From assembly GCA_045612925.1 (NCBI GenBank), contig JAZKZX010000060.1, positions 25,866-89,865 on the forward strand: DNA of 64,000 bases, given 5' to 3'. Shown in pieces: positions 36,419-45,376 of the stretch (its first letter is position 1; every line of letters begins with the position of its first letter). The position numbers were made by a program, and so were the translations under genes. Under the pieces are notes generated by a model. That model did no database searches and had not been told where the DNA came from. It worked only from the letters and a program-made list of their open reading frames with translations. The DNA comes from Bacteroidaceae bacterium (GTDB lineage Bacteria; Bacteroidota; Bacteroidia; Bacteroidales; Bacteroidaceae).

Positions 36419-37261
36419 TCACAGCTTAAACTGTGCTGCTGTCCACTCCTTCTCCATGCGATGGCTCACATAGGATAGGCCGAGGCGTTCTGCTTCGGCC
36501 TTTATCATGGGCAGGTCGCTCTCGTAGAATCCGCTGAAGTATATCTCTCCGCCCTTGTTCATGCGTGCCACATAGTATTGCATGTCGGCAAGCAGGATGT
36601 TGCGGTTGATGTTGGCAATGATGACATCGAACGGGCCCTCTGTAGCCAGCGATGAGGCATCGCCCTGGAACACCTTGATATTGTCGATGTGGTTGAGGGC
36701 GAGGTTGTCGATAGAGTTGTTTACGCACCACTCGTCAATGTCGATGGCTGTGAGCTCCGAGGCGCCTCGCATCGAGGCGAGTATGGCCAGTATCGAGGTG
36801 CCGCAGCCCATGTCGAGCACCATCTTTCCTTGCAGGTCGGTGTCGAGCAGGTAGCTGATGATGAGGCGTGTGGTTTGGTGATGTCCCGTGCCGAAAGCCA
36901 TCTGTGGGTTGATGATGATGTCGTAGTCGGCCTTCGGGTAGTCTTTATGGAAGGTGCTGTGGATGACGCAGCGGCTATCCACTACGATAGGCTCAAAGAA
37001 GTTCTTTTCCCATTCCTCATTCCAGTCCTTATCCTCCATCTCCTCAGCTACGAAGGTGATGGTGGTGTCGGGCATGGGGAAGTCTGCCATCACCGCCTGC
37101 AGAGCCTGTTCGTCGTAGAGATGTGTGGGCACATATCCTGTGGTGCCGTCGGGCGACTCTACGAAACTCTCAAACCCCATTTCCATCGCCAAGGCAGCAA
37201 TGATATCGTTAGCCGTCTCGCTGACTGGGCATACGGTGAAGCGCACTTCGTTGTATTTCAT
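36419..37261 (-). CDS. prmA: Ribosomal protein L11 methyltransferase.
   Basis: GTGHHQTT motif and SAM motif VLDMGCGTSILA. Trimmed to the ATG at 37261. Confidence 0.85.
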   Translation of the reverse strand: MKYNEVRFTVCPVSETANDIIAALAMEMGFESFVESPDGTTGYVPTHLYDEQALQAVMADFPMPDTTITFVAEEMEDKDWNEEWEKNFFEPIVVDSRCVIHSTFHKDYPKADYDIIINPQMAFGTGHHQTTRLIISYLLDTDLQGKMVLDMGCGTSILAILASMRGASELTAIDIDEWCVNNSIDNLALNHIDNIKVFQGDASSLATEGPFDVIIANINRNILLADMQYYVARMNKGGEIYFSGFYESDLPMIKAEAERLGLSYVSHRMEKEWTAAQFKL

Positions 37262-37421
37262 TTTTTTATATTTTTTAATGTTTTCGGCACAATATTGTGA
37301 TTCGTTGTGCAAAATTACGATTTTTTAGGAAAAATATCCATAAAAGCATTCAAAAATACCCTTTCGAGATAGGAATTATGTGTTATCTTTGCAGAGTCAA
37401 CACATCTAAAACATATAAGGT

Positions 37422-38606
37422 ATGAAAAGAATGGTATGGATAACATGTTTGTTGATGGGAGTCATAGGCTCGGCATCAGCACAGCGCGACGATTTGTATT
37501 TCGTTCCCCAGAAGAAATCCTCATCTGTTCAGGCTGCTAAGAGCAGCTCTTCCCGATCCACCTCGGCTTCGGCCAAGAGCACCTCTGACCTCTCCACTTC
37601 GGTGCAGTCACTCGAGATAGACGATGACGCCTACAACCGTCGAGGGTCGTACCTCGAGACAAACCCCGAGGAGGAGCCTGCCGGTGTTGCCACCCAGCTC
37701 GCCACCACTGATGCCCCATCGCCAGCCCGCGCCGATGTCGACGAAGGCTGGGTCTATGGCTTCGATGGCAGCGACGTTGACTACGAGTATGCCATGCGCA
37801 TTGTCCGTTTCCGCAACCCCCGTTATGCCATTCCCGTGAGCAGTCCGCTCTATTGGGATGTGGTCTATGGTGGCGCCTTGTGGCCCAGCTGGGAGTGGAA
37901 TATTTATGACGATGGCCTATACGCCTATATCGTTCCCACGCGGAGCAACTGGTACTACTGGGACTATATGACCAGCTATCCCTTTGGCTGGCATCACCAC
38001 TGGACGCATCACCACCACTACTACAGTTGGCACTATCACAATCATCTGTGGTGCGACCCCTGGCACTATGCCTACCATCACCACCACACGCCTGGTTGGT
38101 ACTATGGTACGCACCATGGCCATCACCATGCAGGTAGCGTGACGGTCAAACCCAGTGTCACCCCAGGCTCACGCCCCAATCACCGTACTCCTACCACAGC
38201 CTCTACCCGTCGCGACGAGTTCTCAGGAGCCACCGCCCCATCAAGCTCGCGCCCCAGCACCTCTACGACCCGCACCACCGGCTCTACACGTCGCACTGGA
38301 GGCAGTGTGTCGGGCTCAAGCACCACGGGTCGCGTGTCGACAAGCCGTACGGGTGCTACATCGCCCTCATCGAGCACCGTGCGCTCATCGGGCAGCTCGC
38401 GCAGCAGCTCAACAGGTAGTTCACGCAGCAGCTCTACGGGCAGTTCACGCAGCAGCTCATCGTATAGCAGCGGTAGCTCACGCAGCAGCTCCTCATACAG
38501 CAGCGGCAGTTCACGCAGCAGCTCCTCGTATAGCAGCGGCAGCTCACGCAGCAGCTCCTCATACAGCAGCGGCAGCTCGCGCAGCAGTGCAGGCAGTCGT
38601 CGATGA
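37422..38606 (+). CDS. Secreted His/Trp/Tyr-rich protein with a Ser/Arg-rich tandem-repeat tail.
   Basis: Signal peptide MKRMVWITCLLMGVIGSASAQ. Block WHHHWTHHHHYYSWHYHNHLWCDPWHYAYHHHH. C-terminal SSGSSRSSSSY repeats. Confidence 0.75.
   Translation: MKRMVWITCLLMGVIGSASAQRDDLYFVPQKKSSSVQAAKSSSSRSTSASAKSTSDLSTSVQSLEIDDDAYNRRGSYLETNPEEEPAGVATQLATTDAPSPARADVDEGWVYGFDGSDVDYEYAMRIVRFRNPRYAIPVSSPLYWDVVYGGALWPSWEWNIYDDGLYAYIVPTRSNWYYWDYMTSYPFGWHHHWTHHHHYYSWHYHNHLWCDPWHYAYHHHHTPGWYYGTHHGHHHAGSVTVKPSVTPGSRPNHRTPTTASTRRDEFSGATAPSSSRPSTSTTRTTGSTRRTGGSVSGSSTTGRVSTSRTGATSPSSSTVRSSGSSRSSSTGSSRSSSTGSSRSSSSYSSGSSRSSSSYSSGSSRSSSSYSSGSSRSSSSYSSGSSRSSAGSRR
38391..38594 (+). repeat. Coding tandem repeat: 2 x 24 nt, then 4 x 33 nt, then a partial unit.
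   Basis: Units begin at 38391, 38415, 38439, 38472, 38505, 38538 and 38571 (GGCAGYTCACGCAGCAGCTC...). Confidence 0.9.
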
Positions 38607-38693
38607 CAGTTACGCTATCTATAAATAAAAGAAACTCCAATCATAGGGTAGGCGGTACCCTTGCCCCTGACTCTCAACAAATACACCGACATT

Positions 38694-40268
38694 ATGAAAC
38701 ACAATAGGCTATTCCTCTCCATACTACTGCTCCTCTTGGTGGCGCATTTGCAGGCGCAGACCACCTACGAGGCCTCTGCCTTGCTCGACACCGACCTCAG
38801 CGGCACAGCCCGCTATGTCGGCATGGGTGGTGCCATGAGTGCCCTCGGAGCCGACATGAGCACCATGAGCATCAATCCCGCAGGTACGGGTCTCTATCGC
38901 AGCTGGGATGCCGCCCTCTCGTTCAGTGGCAACTGGGCCACTCAACTCACCCAGTCCAACCGAGGTCGCGGACGCTCGTTCGACTCGTACGGAGCCTTAG
39001 ACAACCTCGGCATGGTCATGACCAGCGCGATGAGCGACGAGGGCATCCTCCGCTTCGTCAACTTCGGCTTCAACTACCGCAGCGTGAAGCGCTTCGATGG
39101 CACCATGGGCATGGCGTCCAACCTGGGCGGCCTCTCGCAGACGGGGCAGATGGCATGGCAGGTCTATGACAACTACGACAATGTGCTCCCCGACGACTTC
39201 AACGACACCCACGACGAAGGCTTCTTCCTCACCAACTACTACGACGACCCCCGTCTCGGCTGGCTCACGCTCATGGGTGCGCAGGGCTACCTCATCGATG
39301 CCTCGTCGCTTGATGGAGGCGCCTACTACCCCTCGGTGAGCAACACCTACAGGGAGCAGGTCAGTGGCGGCATCGAAGCCTACGACTTCAACCTCTCGCT
39401 CAATCTGGCCGACAGGGTCTACCTCGGTGCCACCCTCACCACCTACGATGTCGACCGCCATCTCGAGTCCACCTACTCAGAGCAGCTCCGCGATGGAGGC
39501 AGCTACACCCTCGACAACTACTACCGTACGGTAGGATCGGGCACCGACTTCAAGGTAGGAGCCATCGTGCGTCCCCTTGCCGAGTCGTCACTGCGCATCG
39601 GCCTGTCGGCCACCACGCGCACCGTCTACACCCTCTGCGACTACAACTCCGCCGTGCTGCGCTCCGATATATCGCTCACCGATGGCCACACCCACTGGAT
39701 GCAATCCACCACCATCGACACGCAGAGCCGCGACGCCTTCGGTGCCGACTGCGCCACCGAGTATACCCTCCTCACCCCCGCTCGGTACAACCTCAGTGTG
39801 GGAGGCACCATCGGTCGCTCATGGGCGCTCGGTGCCGAGTACGAGTATACCGACTATAGCCGCACCACCCTCTACGACGAGTATGGTAATGCCAACACCA
39901 CCATGAACACCCACACATCGTCCGTCCTCACAGCCCATCACACTCTGCGCTTCGGTGCCGAGAAGACCTTCGGCACTTTCTACACCCGCGTGGGTTACAA
40001 CTATCAGACAGGAGGCTACAGCCGCGAGGCATGGAAGATGATCCCCGTCAACTCCGTGCAGACCAACACCGCCTACGCCAACCTCCGCCACGCCTCGCTC
40101 TACACCTGTGGCTTGGGCTACCGTGGCGATGTGTTCTATGTCGATGCCGCCCTGCTCTATAGCACGCAGTCGGCGCAGTTCTTCGCCTTCGACGACCCCA
40201 ACCTACAGGGCACTCTCCTCAGTCGCAACATTCTCAAGGGTATGATGACCATAGGGTTGAGGCTCTGA
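38694..40268 (+). CDS. Outer-membrane beta-barrel protein (FadL/OmpP1-like, tentative).
   Basis: Signal peptide MKHNRLFLSILLLLLVAHLQAQ. N-terminal ARYVGMGGAMSALGADMSTMSINPAG motif. Alternating aromatic beta-strand pattern ending in a hydrophobic terminal strand. Confidence 0.6.
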   Translation: MKHNRLFLSILLLLLVAHLQAQTTYEASALLDTDLSGTARYVGMGGAMSALGADMSTMSINPAGTGLYRSWDAALSFSGNWATQLTQSNRGRGRSFDSYGALDNLGMVMTSAMSDEGILRFVNFGFNYRSVKRFDGTMGMASNLGGLSQTGQMAWQVYDNYDNVLPDDFNDTHDEGFFLTNYYDDPRLGWLTLMGAQGYLIDASSLDGGAYYPSVSNTYREQVSGGIEAYDFNLSLNLADRVYLGATLTTYDVDRHLESTYSEQLRDGGSYTLDNYYRTVGSGTDFKVGAIVRPLAESSLRIGLSATTRTVYTLCDYNSAVLRSDISLTDGHTHWMQSTTIDTQSRDAFGADCATEYTLLTPARYNLSVGGTIGRSWALGAEYEYTDYSRTTLYDEYGNANTTMNTHTSSVLTAHHTLRFGAEKTFGTFYTRVGYNYQTGGYSREAWKMIPVNSVQTNTAYANLRHASLYTCGLGYRGDVFYVDAALLYSTQSAQFFAFDDPNLQGTLLSRNILKGMMTIGLRL

Positions 40269-40343
40269 CTCTATAGTTCAGAACTCTTTAGAACAATCCT
40301 TTATAAACGATGTTAATAGGTAATCTATTAGCATCGTTTTTCT

Positions 40344-41720
40344 ATGAGGAATGTGATGGCTTTAATTTGCCTTGTGGCTGCATTTCCGCTTGTTGCTCAG
40401 CAGGTAGAGTGCTCTTTCGATGAGGCTCGCGACCGCATGTACCGGCACAGTGCAGCGCTGAAGGTGGCCGATGCCCAGGTGCAGCTGGCGCAGCGCGAGC
40501 AGCAGCGCACACAGGCGCTATGGTGGCCGCAGCTGCAGGCCGAGGGCATGTATGTGCACCTGTCCGAAGCGGTTGAGGTGCGCGAGCCGTTGTCGCAGTT
40601 TACCGACCCTGCCAAAGCCTATGTGCAGAGCATCGTGCCGGGCGAGGAGTTGGTGACGGGAGTGCTCGATAGGATAGGGGAGTACACCCTCTCCCTTCCC
40701 TTGATACCTCAGGATGTGGCACAGGTGGGTGTCACTGCCGAGTGGGTCGTGTTCAGTGGTGGCAAGCGCCTATTGGCCGATAGAATAGCTCGCCGCCTCA
40801 CCGATGTGGCGCAGGCCAGCAGCGGTAAGGTGCATGCTACCGAAGAGGTGTTGCTGGTAGAGCGCTACTATGGGTTGGCACTTGCGCAGCAGGCCGTGAG
40901 CGTATGCCGTGAGCGCTACGAGGCTATGCAGCGCCATCATGCCGATGCAGTGCGCATGGAGCAGGTGGGGCTGATAGATAGGGCCTCGCTTCTGGCTGCG
41001 CAGGTGGCTGTGGCCGAGGCCGAGCGCGAGTGGCAGCATGCGACGAGTGTGGAGCAGGTGAGGCAGACGGCGCTGAAGCAGCTATTGGGCATGACCGATG
41101 AGGATGCGCAGCTGATCCCCACCTCACCCCTATTTGCTACGACGAAACTTCCCGCCGAAGCGGTATTCGTAGAGGCCATGCGTGGTGGCAACTACACCCT
41201 CGCTACGCTCTCCCTGGAGCAGCAGATGGCCCATGACAGGTTGCGCATGGACTATGGCGGCTACCTGCCCGAGGTGGCCCTCTTTGGCAAGCAGACGCTC
41301 TACGCCCACGGCTTGCCCGGCAACCTGTTGCCCCGCACGATGGTGGGGGTAGGCTTCGTGTGGAACCTTTTCGATGGCCTCGATCGCGAGCGCAAGGTGG
41401 CACAGACCAAGGTGGCGCAGCAGGCCTTGGCGTGGAGCCGTGCGGAGGCCGAGGCTGACCTCACATTGGTGGTGTCGGAGCTCTATGCTACCCTGCAGCG
41501 CACGATGGGCGACATCCGTGTGCTCGATTCTACCATTATCCTCAATGAAGAGCTACTCCGCATGCGCCGTGCCGCCTTTGTCGAGGGCATGACCACCACT
41601 ACCGAGGTCCTTGATGCCGAGAACGCCCTCGCTACCGCTCGCCTTGCACGCCTCACCGCCCAGTATGCCTGCGATGTGGCGATGGCCAATCTGAAGGCGG
41701 TGTGTGGGGATGGGCTTTAG
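40344..41720 (+). CDS. TolC-family outer membrane efflux protein.
   Basis: Signal peptide. Two-repeat coiled architecture with conserved LL.AQ....AE motifs. Operon context with HlyD and ABC-2 genes. Confidence 0.8.
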   Translation: MRNVMALICLVAAFPLVAQQVECSFDEARDRMYRHSAALKVADAQVQLAQREQQRTQALWWPQLQAEGMYVHLSEAVEVREPLSQFTDPAKAYVQSIVPGEELVTGVLDRIGEYTLSLPLIPQDVAQVGVTAEWVVFSGGKRLLADRIARRLTDVAQASSGKVHATEEVLLVERYYGLALAQQAVSVCRERYEAMQRHHADAVRMEQVGLIDRASLLAAQVAVAEAEREWQHATSVEQVRQTALKQLLGMTDEDAQLIPTSPLFATTKLPAEAVFVEAMRGGNYTLATLSLEQQMAHDRLRMDYGGYLPEVALFGKQTLYAHGLPGNLLPRTMVGVGFVWNLFDGLDRERKVAQTKVAQQALAWSRAEAEADLTLVVSELYATLQRTMGDIRVLDSTIILNEELLRMRRAAFVEGMTTTTEVLDAENALATARLARLTAQYACDVAMANLKAVCGDGL

Positions 41721-41728
41721 CGACCCCA

Positions 41729-41903
41729 GGAGCGTTTTCTTTGGCGTGTAGGAGTCGAGGAGCGTTTCCTTTTATGGAGTATAGGAGTGAAGGAGTAAAG
41801 ACGATACTTTAGACAATGAAAATCGCAAGCCGCGGACAGACTATCGTCTACACTCCTAAACAAAGCGTAACTCCTAAACTCCTACACTCCTAAATAAACT
41901 CCC
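41729..41903 (+). repeat. GGAGT-rich palindromic element, copy D.
   Basis: Starts 9 nt after the TolC stop. Contains a 25-codon mini-ORF at 41816-41893. Confidence 0.8.
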
Positions 41904-41928
41904 AATAAAAACATAAATTTCCCTACTC

Positions 41929-42927
41929 ATGAATACACCTAATCATAAACCCCTTGTCATCGCCTTCATTGTGCTGCTTGCAGCAGTCGTCGTTATCACC
42001 CTCGTCGGTCTGTTTACCACGCGCAAGCCCCCCATCACCCTGCAGGGGCAGGTCGAGGCCACCGAGATACGCATCAGTGGCAAGCTGCTGGGCCGAGTCG
42101 ACTCGCTGCTCGTGCGCGAAGGCGATGAGGTGCATCGTGGCGATACCTTGGTCGTCATCAACAGTCCCCTCGTAGAGGCCCAGTACCGCAAGAGCGAGGC
42201 CCTTCATCGTGTCACCGTAGAGGAGAATAGGAAGGTCGATGCCGGCACCCGACGCCAGGTCGTGGCAGCCGCCTATCAGATGTGGCAGGCCGCAAGGAGC
42301 CAAGCCGCGCTGGCCGAGAAGACCTACGAGCGCGTCAGCGCCCTTCGTGCCGACAGCGTAGTGTCGCGCCAGCGCCTCGATGAGGCCGAGGCCGCCATGC
42401 TCACCACGCGTGCCACCGAGCGTTCGGCCCACGAGCAATACCTGCTGGCTGCCGAGGGCCTGCAGCGCGAAGATCGTGCCGCGAGCCATAGTATGGTAGA
42501 GGCTGCTGCCAGCGATGTCGCCGAGGTAGAGGCGCTGCTCGTCGATGCCCACCTCACTGCCCCTGCCGACGGACATATTGCGGGTATATACCCCAAGCGG
42601 GGCGAGCTCGTGGCCCCCGGTGCCCCCATCATGACCCTCGTGACGCTCGACGATAGCTACGTCATCTTCAACGTGCGCGAAGACCTCATGCCCCACTTCC
42701 GCATGGGCAAGCGTTTTGAAGTGTCTGTGCCCGCCCTGGCTCGCACCGATGTGCCGATGACGGTCTACTACATCAGTCCTCTCGGCAGCTTTGCCACATG
42801 GAAGTCCACCAAGGAGGTCGGCAGCTACGACATGCGCACCTTCGAGATACGCCTGCGTCCTGATGCCTCTATTGAAGGTCTTAGGCCCGGCATGAGTGCG
42901 ATATTAGAGTTGTCTTCCTTGCCATGA
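41929..42927 (+). CDS. HlyD-family membrane fusion protein.
   Basis: N-terminal TM helix, lipoyl/barrel-sandwich motifs (G.V..L.V.EGD.V..GD.L) and a coiled-coil middle. Confidence 0.85.
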   Translation: MNTPNHKPLVIAFIVLLAAVVVITLVGLFTTRKPPITLQGQVEATEIRISGKLLGRVDSLLVREGDEVHRGDTLVVINSPLVEAQYRKSEALHRVTVEENRKVDAGTRRQVVAAAYQMWQAARSQAALAEKTYERVSALRADSVVSRQRLDEAEAAMLTTRATERSAHEQYLLAAEGLQREDRAASHSMVEAAASDVAEVEALLVDAHLTAPADGHIAGIYPKRGELVAPGAPIMTLVTLDDSYVIFNVREDLMPHFRMGKRFEVSVPALARTDVPMTVYYISPLGSFATWKSTKEVGSYDMRTFEIRLRPDASIEGLRPGMSAILELSSLP

Positions 42928-44126
42928 AGAATGCTATCCTTCGCGAATGGCGGCGCATGACCTCGCGCCGCATCTACTTGTTTGCTGCGGTGGTGCTGCC
43001 TCTGTGTCTGCTGCTGTTCATGACCACGATCTTCGGTAGCGGACAGATGGAGCAGCTGCCTGTGGGCATCGTCGATGCCGACAATACGGGCACCTCGCGC
43101 AGCATCGTGCGCGGCATTGCTGCCACGCCTACGCTACGTGTGGCGGCTCACTATGCCGACGATGCCGAGGCACGGGCAGCCGTGCAGCGCAAGGAGGTGT
43201 ATGGCTATCTCTCCATACCGCCGCGGTTTGAAGAGTCGGTGTTGCGGGGTGCTGGAGCAACGCTCTGCTACTACTACCACTATGCGCTGCTGGCCGTAGG
43301 AGGCGAGGTGATGAGTGCTTTCGAGACGGCCCTCATGCCTGTGCGCATGGCACCTATCGTGACGGAGGCTGTCGTGCTGGGCGGCACCGAGCAGGGGGCC
43401 GAGACCTTGCTGCTGCCCATGACCGCAGACGACCATGCCCTGTACAATCCCTCGCTGGACTATGCAGTGTATCTGGCCGTGCCCATCTACTACATCATGT
43501 TGCAGATCTTGGTGCTGCTGGTGACGCTCTATGCTGTGGGTAGCGAAAGGAAGGAGGCGGGAGCTTCGTCTCTTAGGAGTAATGGAGTGAAGGTGTTTAG
43601 GAGTGAAGACAATAGTTTGTATGCAGCGCAGTCTTCGTTTTCGTTAACGTTCATCGTGGGCAAGCTGCTGCCCTATACGCTCATCTTCGTCGGGCAGGCG
43701 CTACTGGCGGGGGTGGTGTTCTTCCGTTGGGAACATATCCCCATGGCAGGCGATATGTGGCTTTTCTCTTTACTCACGATACTCTTCATCATCGCTACGC
43801 AGTCGGTGGCGGTGATCCTGTATGCCCTGTTTCCTGTGCTGTCGCTGGTCATCAGCGTGGTCTCCATGGTGGGGTCGCTGGGGGCTACGCTCTCAGGGCT
43901 CACCTTTCCGCTCAGCGCCATGTCGCCCGTGGTGGGGTGGGTGGCGCGGCTTTTCCCCGTACGCCACTTCACAGAGGCTATGCAGTGTGTGGTTTACTTC
44001 GATGGCGGCTTCGCAGAGTGCTGGTCTCAGCTAATGGTGCTTTGCTTGTTTCCTTTGGTGGCAGTTGTGCTGTTGCCTCGGTTGAAAAGAATACTAACGA
44101 CTAGTCCCTATGATACGGTGGAGTAG
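42924..44126 (+). CDS. ABC-2 type transporter permease.
   Basis: N-terminal TM helix, a large external loop and a C-terminal five-TM bundle. ATGA start/stop overlap with the HlyD gene. Confidence 0.8.
   Translation: MKNAILREWRRMTSRRIYLFAAVVLPLCLLLFMTTIFGSGQMEQLPVGIVDADNTGTSRSIVRGIAATPTLRVAAHYADDAEARAAVQRKEVYGYLSIPPRFEESVLRGAGATLCYYYHYALLAVGGEVMSAFETALMPVRMAPIVTEAVVLGGTEQGAETLLLPMTADDHALYNPSLDYAVYLAVPIYYIMLQILVLLVTLYAVGSERKEAGASSLRSNGVKVFRSEDNSLYAAQSSFSLTFIVGKLLPYTLIFVGQALLAGVVFFRWEHIPMAGDMWLFSLLTILFIIATQSVAVILYALFPVLSLVISVVSMVGSLGATLSGLTFPLSAMSPVVGWVARLFPVRHFTEAMQCVVYFDGGFAECWSQLMVLCLFPLVAVVLLPRLKRILTTSPYDTVE
43571..43637 (+). repeat. GGAGT-element-like fragment, in frame inside the permease CDS.
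   Basis: GGAGTAATGGAGTGAAGGTGTTTAGGAGTGAAGAC..GTCTTC compared with the element core GGAGTATAGGAGTGAAGGAGTAAAGACGATA. Confidence 0.6.
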
Positions 44127-45258
44127 GTGTCCTATGGTCTTGCACGTCACATGGCGTGAGTTTTGCACCATTGCCACCAGCTACTCGGTGTTGCTGGTGC
44201 TCGTGGGCGGTGTCTTTGCCTACGGACTCCTCTACAACTACATGTATGCCCCCAATGTGGTGCGCGAGGTGCCCATCTGCGTGGTCGACCACTCGCATAG
44301 CGCCCTCAGCCGCCAATATGTGCGCCTGCTCGATGCTACGCCCGAAGCGCAGGTCGCCTACCATGCACAGGACATGCTCGAGGCGAAGCGCTTGATGCGA
44401 GGCACCGAAGTCTATGGCATCCTGTATCTCCCGCGCGACTTTGAGGAGCGTATGCTACGGGGCGAGCCCTCGGTATACCCCTTCTATGCCACTACCGACG
44501 CCTTCCTCTACTACGAAGCCCTCGAGCGTGCCAACCTCGAAGTGATGGAAGCCATGGATGCCGCCTATCGCCTACAGCTGGTGCCGCTCACCGCTCCGCA
44601 AGAGCTGCTCGCAGCTGCCACGCAGAGCCCCGTCGCCGTGGTGGGCACCGCCCTTTACAATCCCCTCGAAGGCTACGGCATATACCTTATCCCCTCGGTG
44701 CTGATGATCATCATCTTTCAGACGCTGATGATGCTCGTGGCCATGATGTCGAACACCGTCACCGAAGCTCCTCTGCTCGCCACCTATAGGGGCAATGCCC
44801 TTGCCCTGGTATGTGGCAAATCGCTCACCTATGCGGTGCTCTACGGCATCTTCGCCCTCTTCCTCGTGGGGCTGCTCCCGCTGCTCTTCGACATCCCTCA
44901 CCGGGCATCGTGGGGGGCATTGGCTGTATTGCTTGTACCTTATATCTTGGGTACCAGCTTTCTCGGCCTCGCTCTCTCGCGCTGGTATACAGATGCCGAA
45001 GCTCCCATACTGCTCATCGCCTTCTTCTCCATCGGACTCATCTTCCTCTCGGGCGTATCGTATCCCCTCGAGCTCATGCCCTGGCCTTGGCGTGTGGTGC
45101 ACTACCTCGTGCCCGCTGCCCCCGCCGTGCTTGCCTATGTGCAGTTCAGCTGCATGGATGCCACACTGTACGATGTGTGGCCGCAGCTTCTCGCCCTCTA
45201 TGTGCAGATGGCGATCTACTTCGCCCTTGCCTTATATAGCTATAAGGGGAAGAGGTGA
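44110..45258 (+). CDS. ABC-2 type transporter permease (second subunit).
   Basis: Paralog of the preceding gene. Start uncertain: ATG at 44110 (overlaps the upstream gene by 17 nt) or ATG at 44134. Confidence 0.8.
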   Translation: MIRWSRCPMVLHVTWREFCTIATSYSVLLVLVGGVFAYGLLYNYMYAPNVVREVPICVVDHSHSALSRQYVRLLDATPEAQVAYHAQDMLEAKRLMRGTEVYGILYLPRDFEERMLRGEPSVYPFYATTDAFLYYEALERANLEVMEAMDAAYRLQLVPLTAPQELLAAATQSPVAVVGTALYNPLEGYGIYLIPSVLMIIIFQTLMMLVAMMSNTVTEAPLLATYRGNALALVCGKSLTYAVLYGIFALFLVGLLPLLFDIPHRASWGALAVLLVPYILGTSFLGLALSRWYTDAEAPILLIAFFSIGLIFLSGVSYPLELMPWPWRVVHYLVPAAPAVLAYVQFSCMDATLYDVWPQLLALYVQMAIYFALALYSYKGKR

Positions 45259-45376
45259 GGGTGCGGTGTTAGCATTTAGGTGATGTTGCTCACTACAAAA
45301 AATGTTGTCTATCCCTTGTCTTTTCGCCTGTTTGTTTGTACCTTCGCGCTTTATATCTATAAATAGAATAGGACTT

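Noticed and set aside
38155-38628. A 157-aa Ala/His-rich ORF in another frame of the Ser/Arg repeat region.
   Set aside because: It is a frame artefact of the tandem repeat. The frame with the signal peptide and continuous ORF (37422..38606) is the credible one. The repeats are contiguous coding repeats, not a CRISPR array, because there are no spacers.
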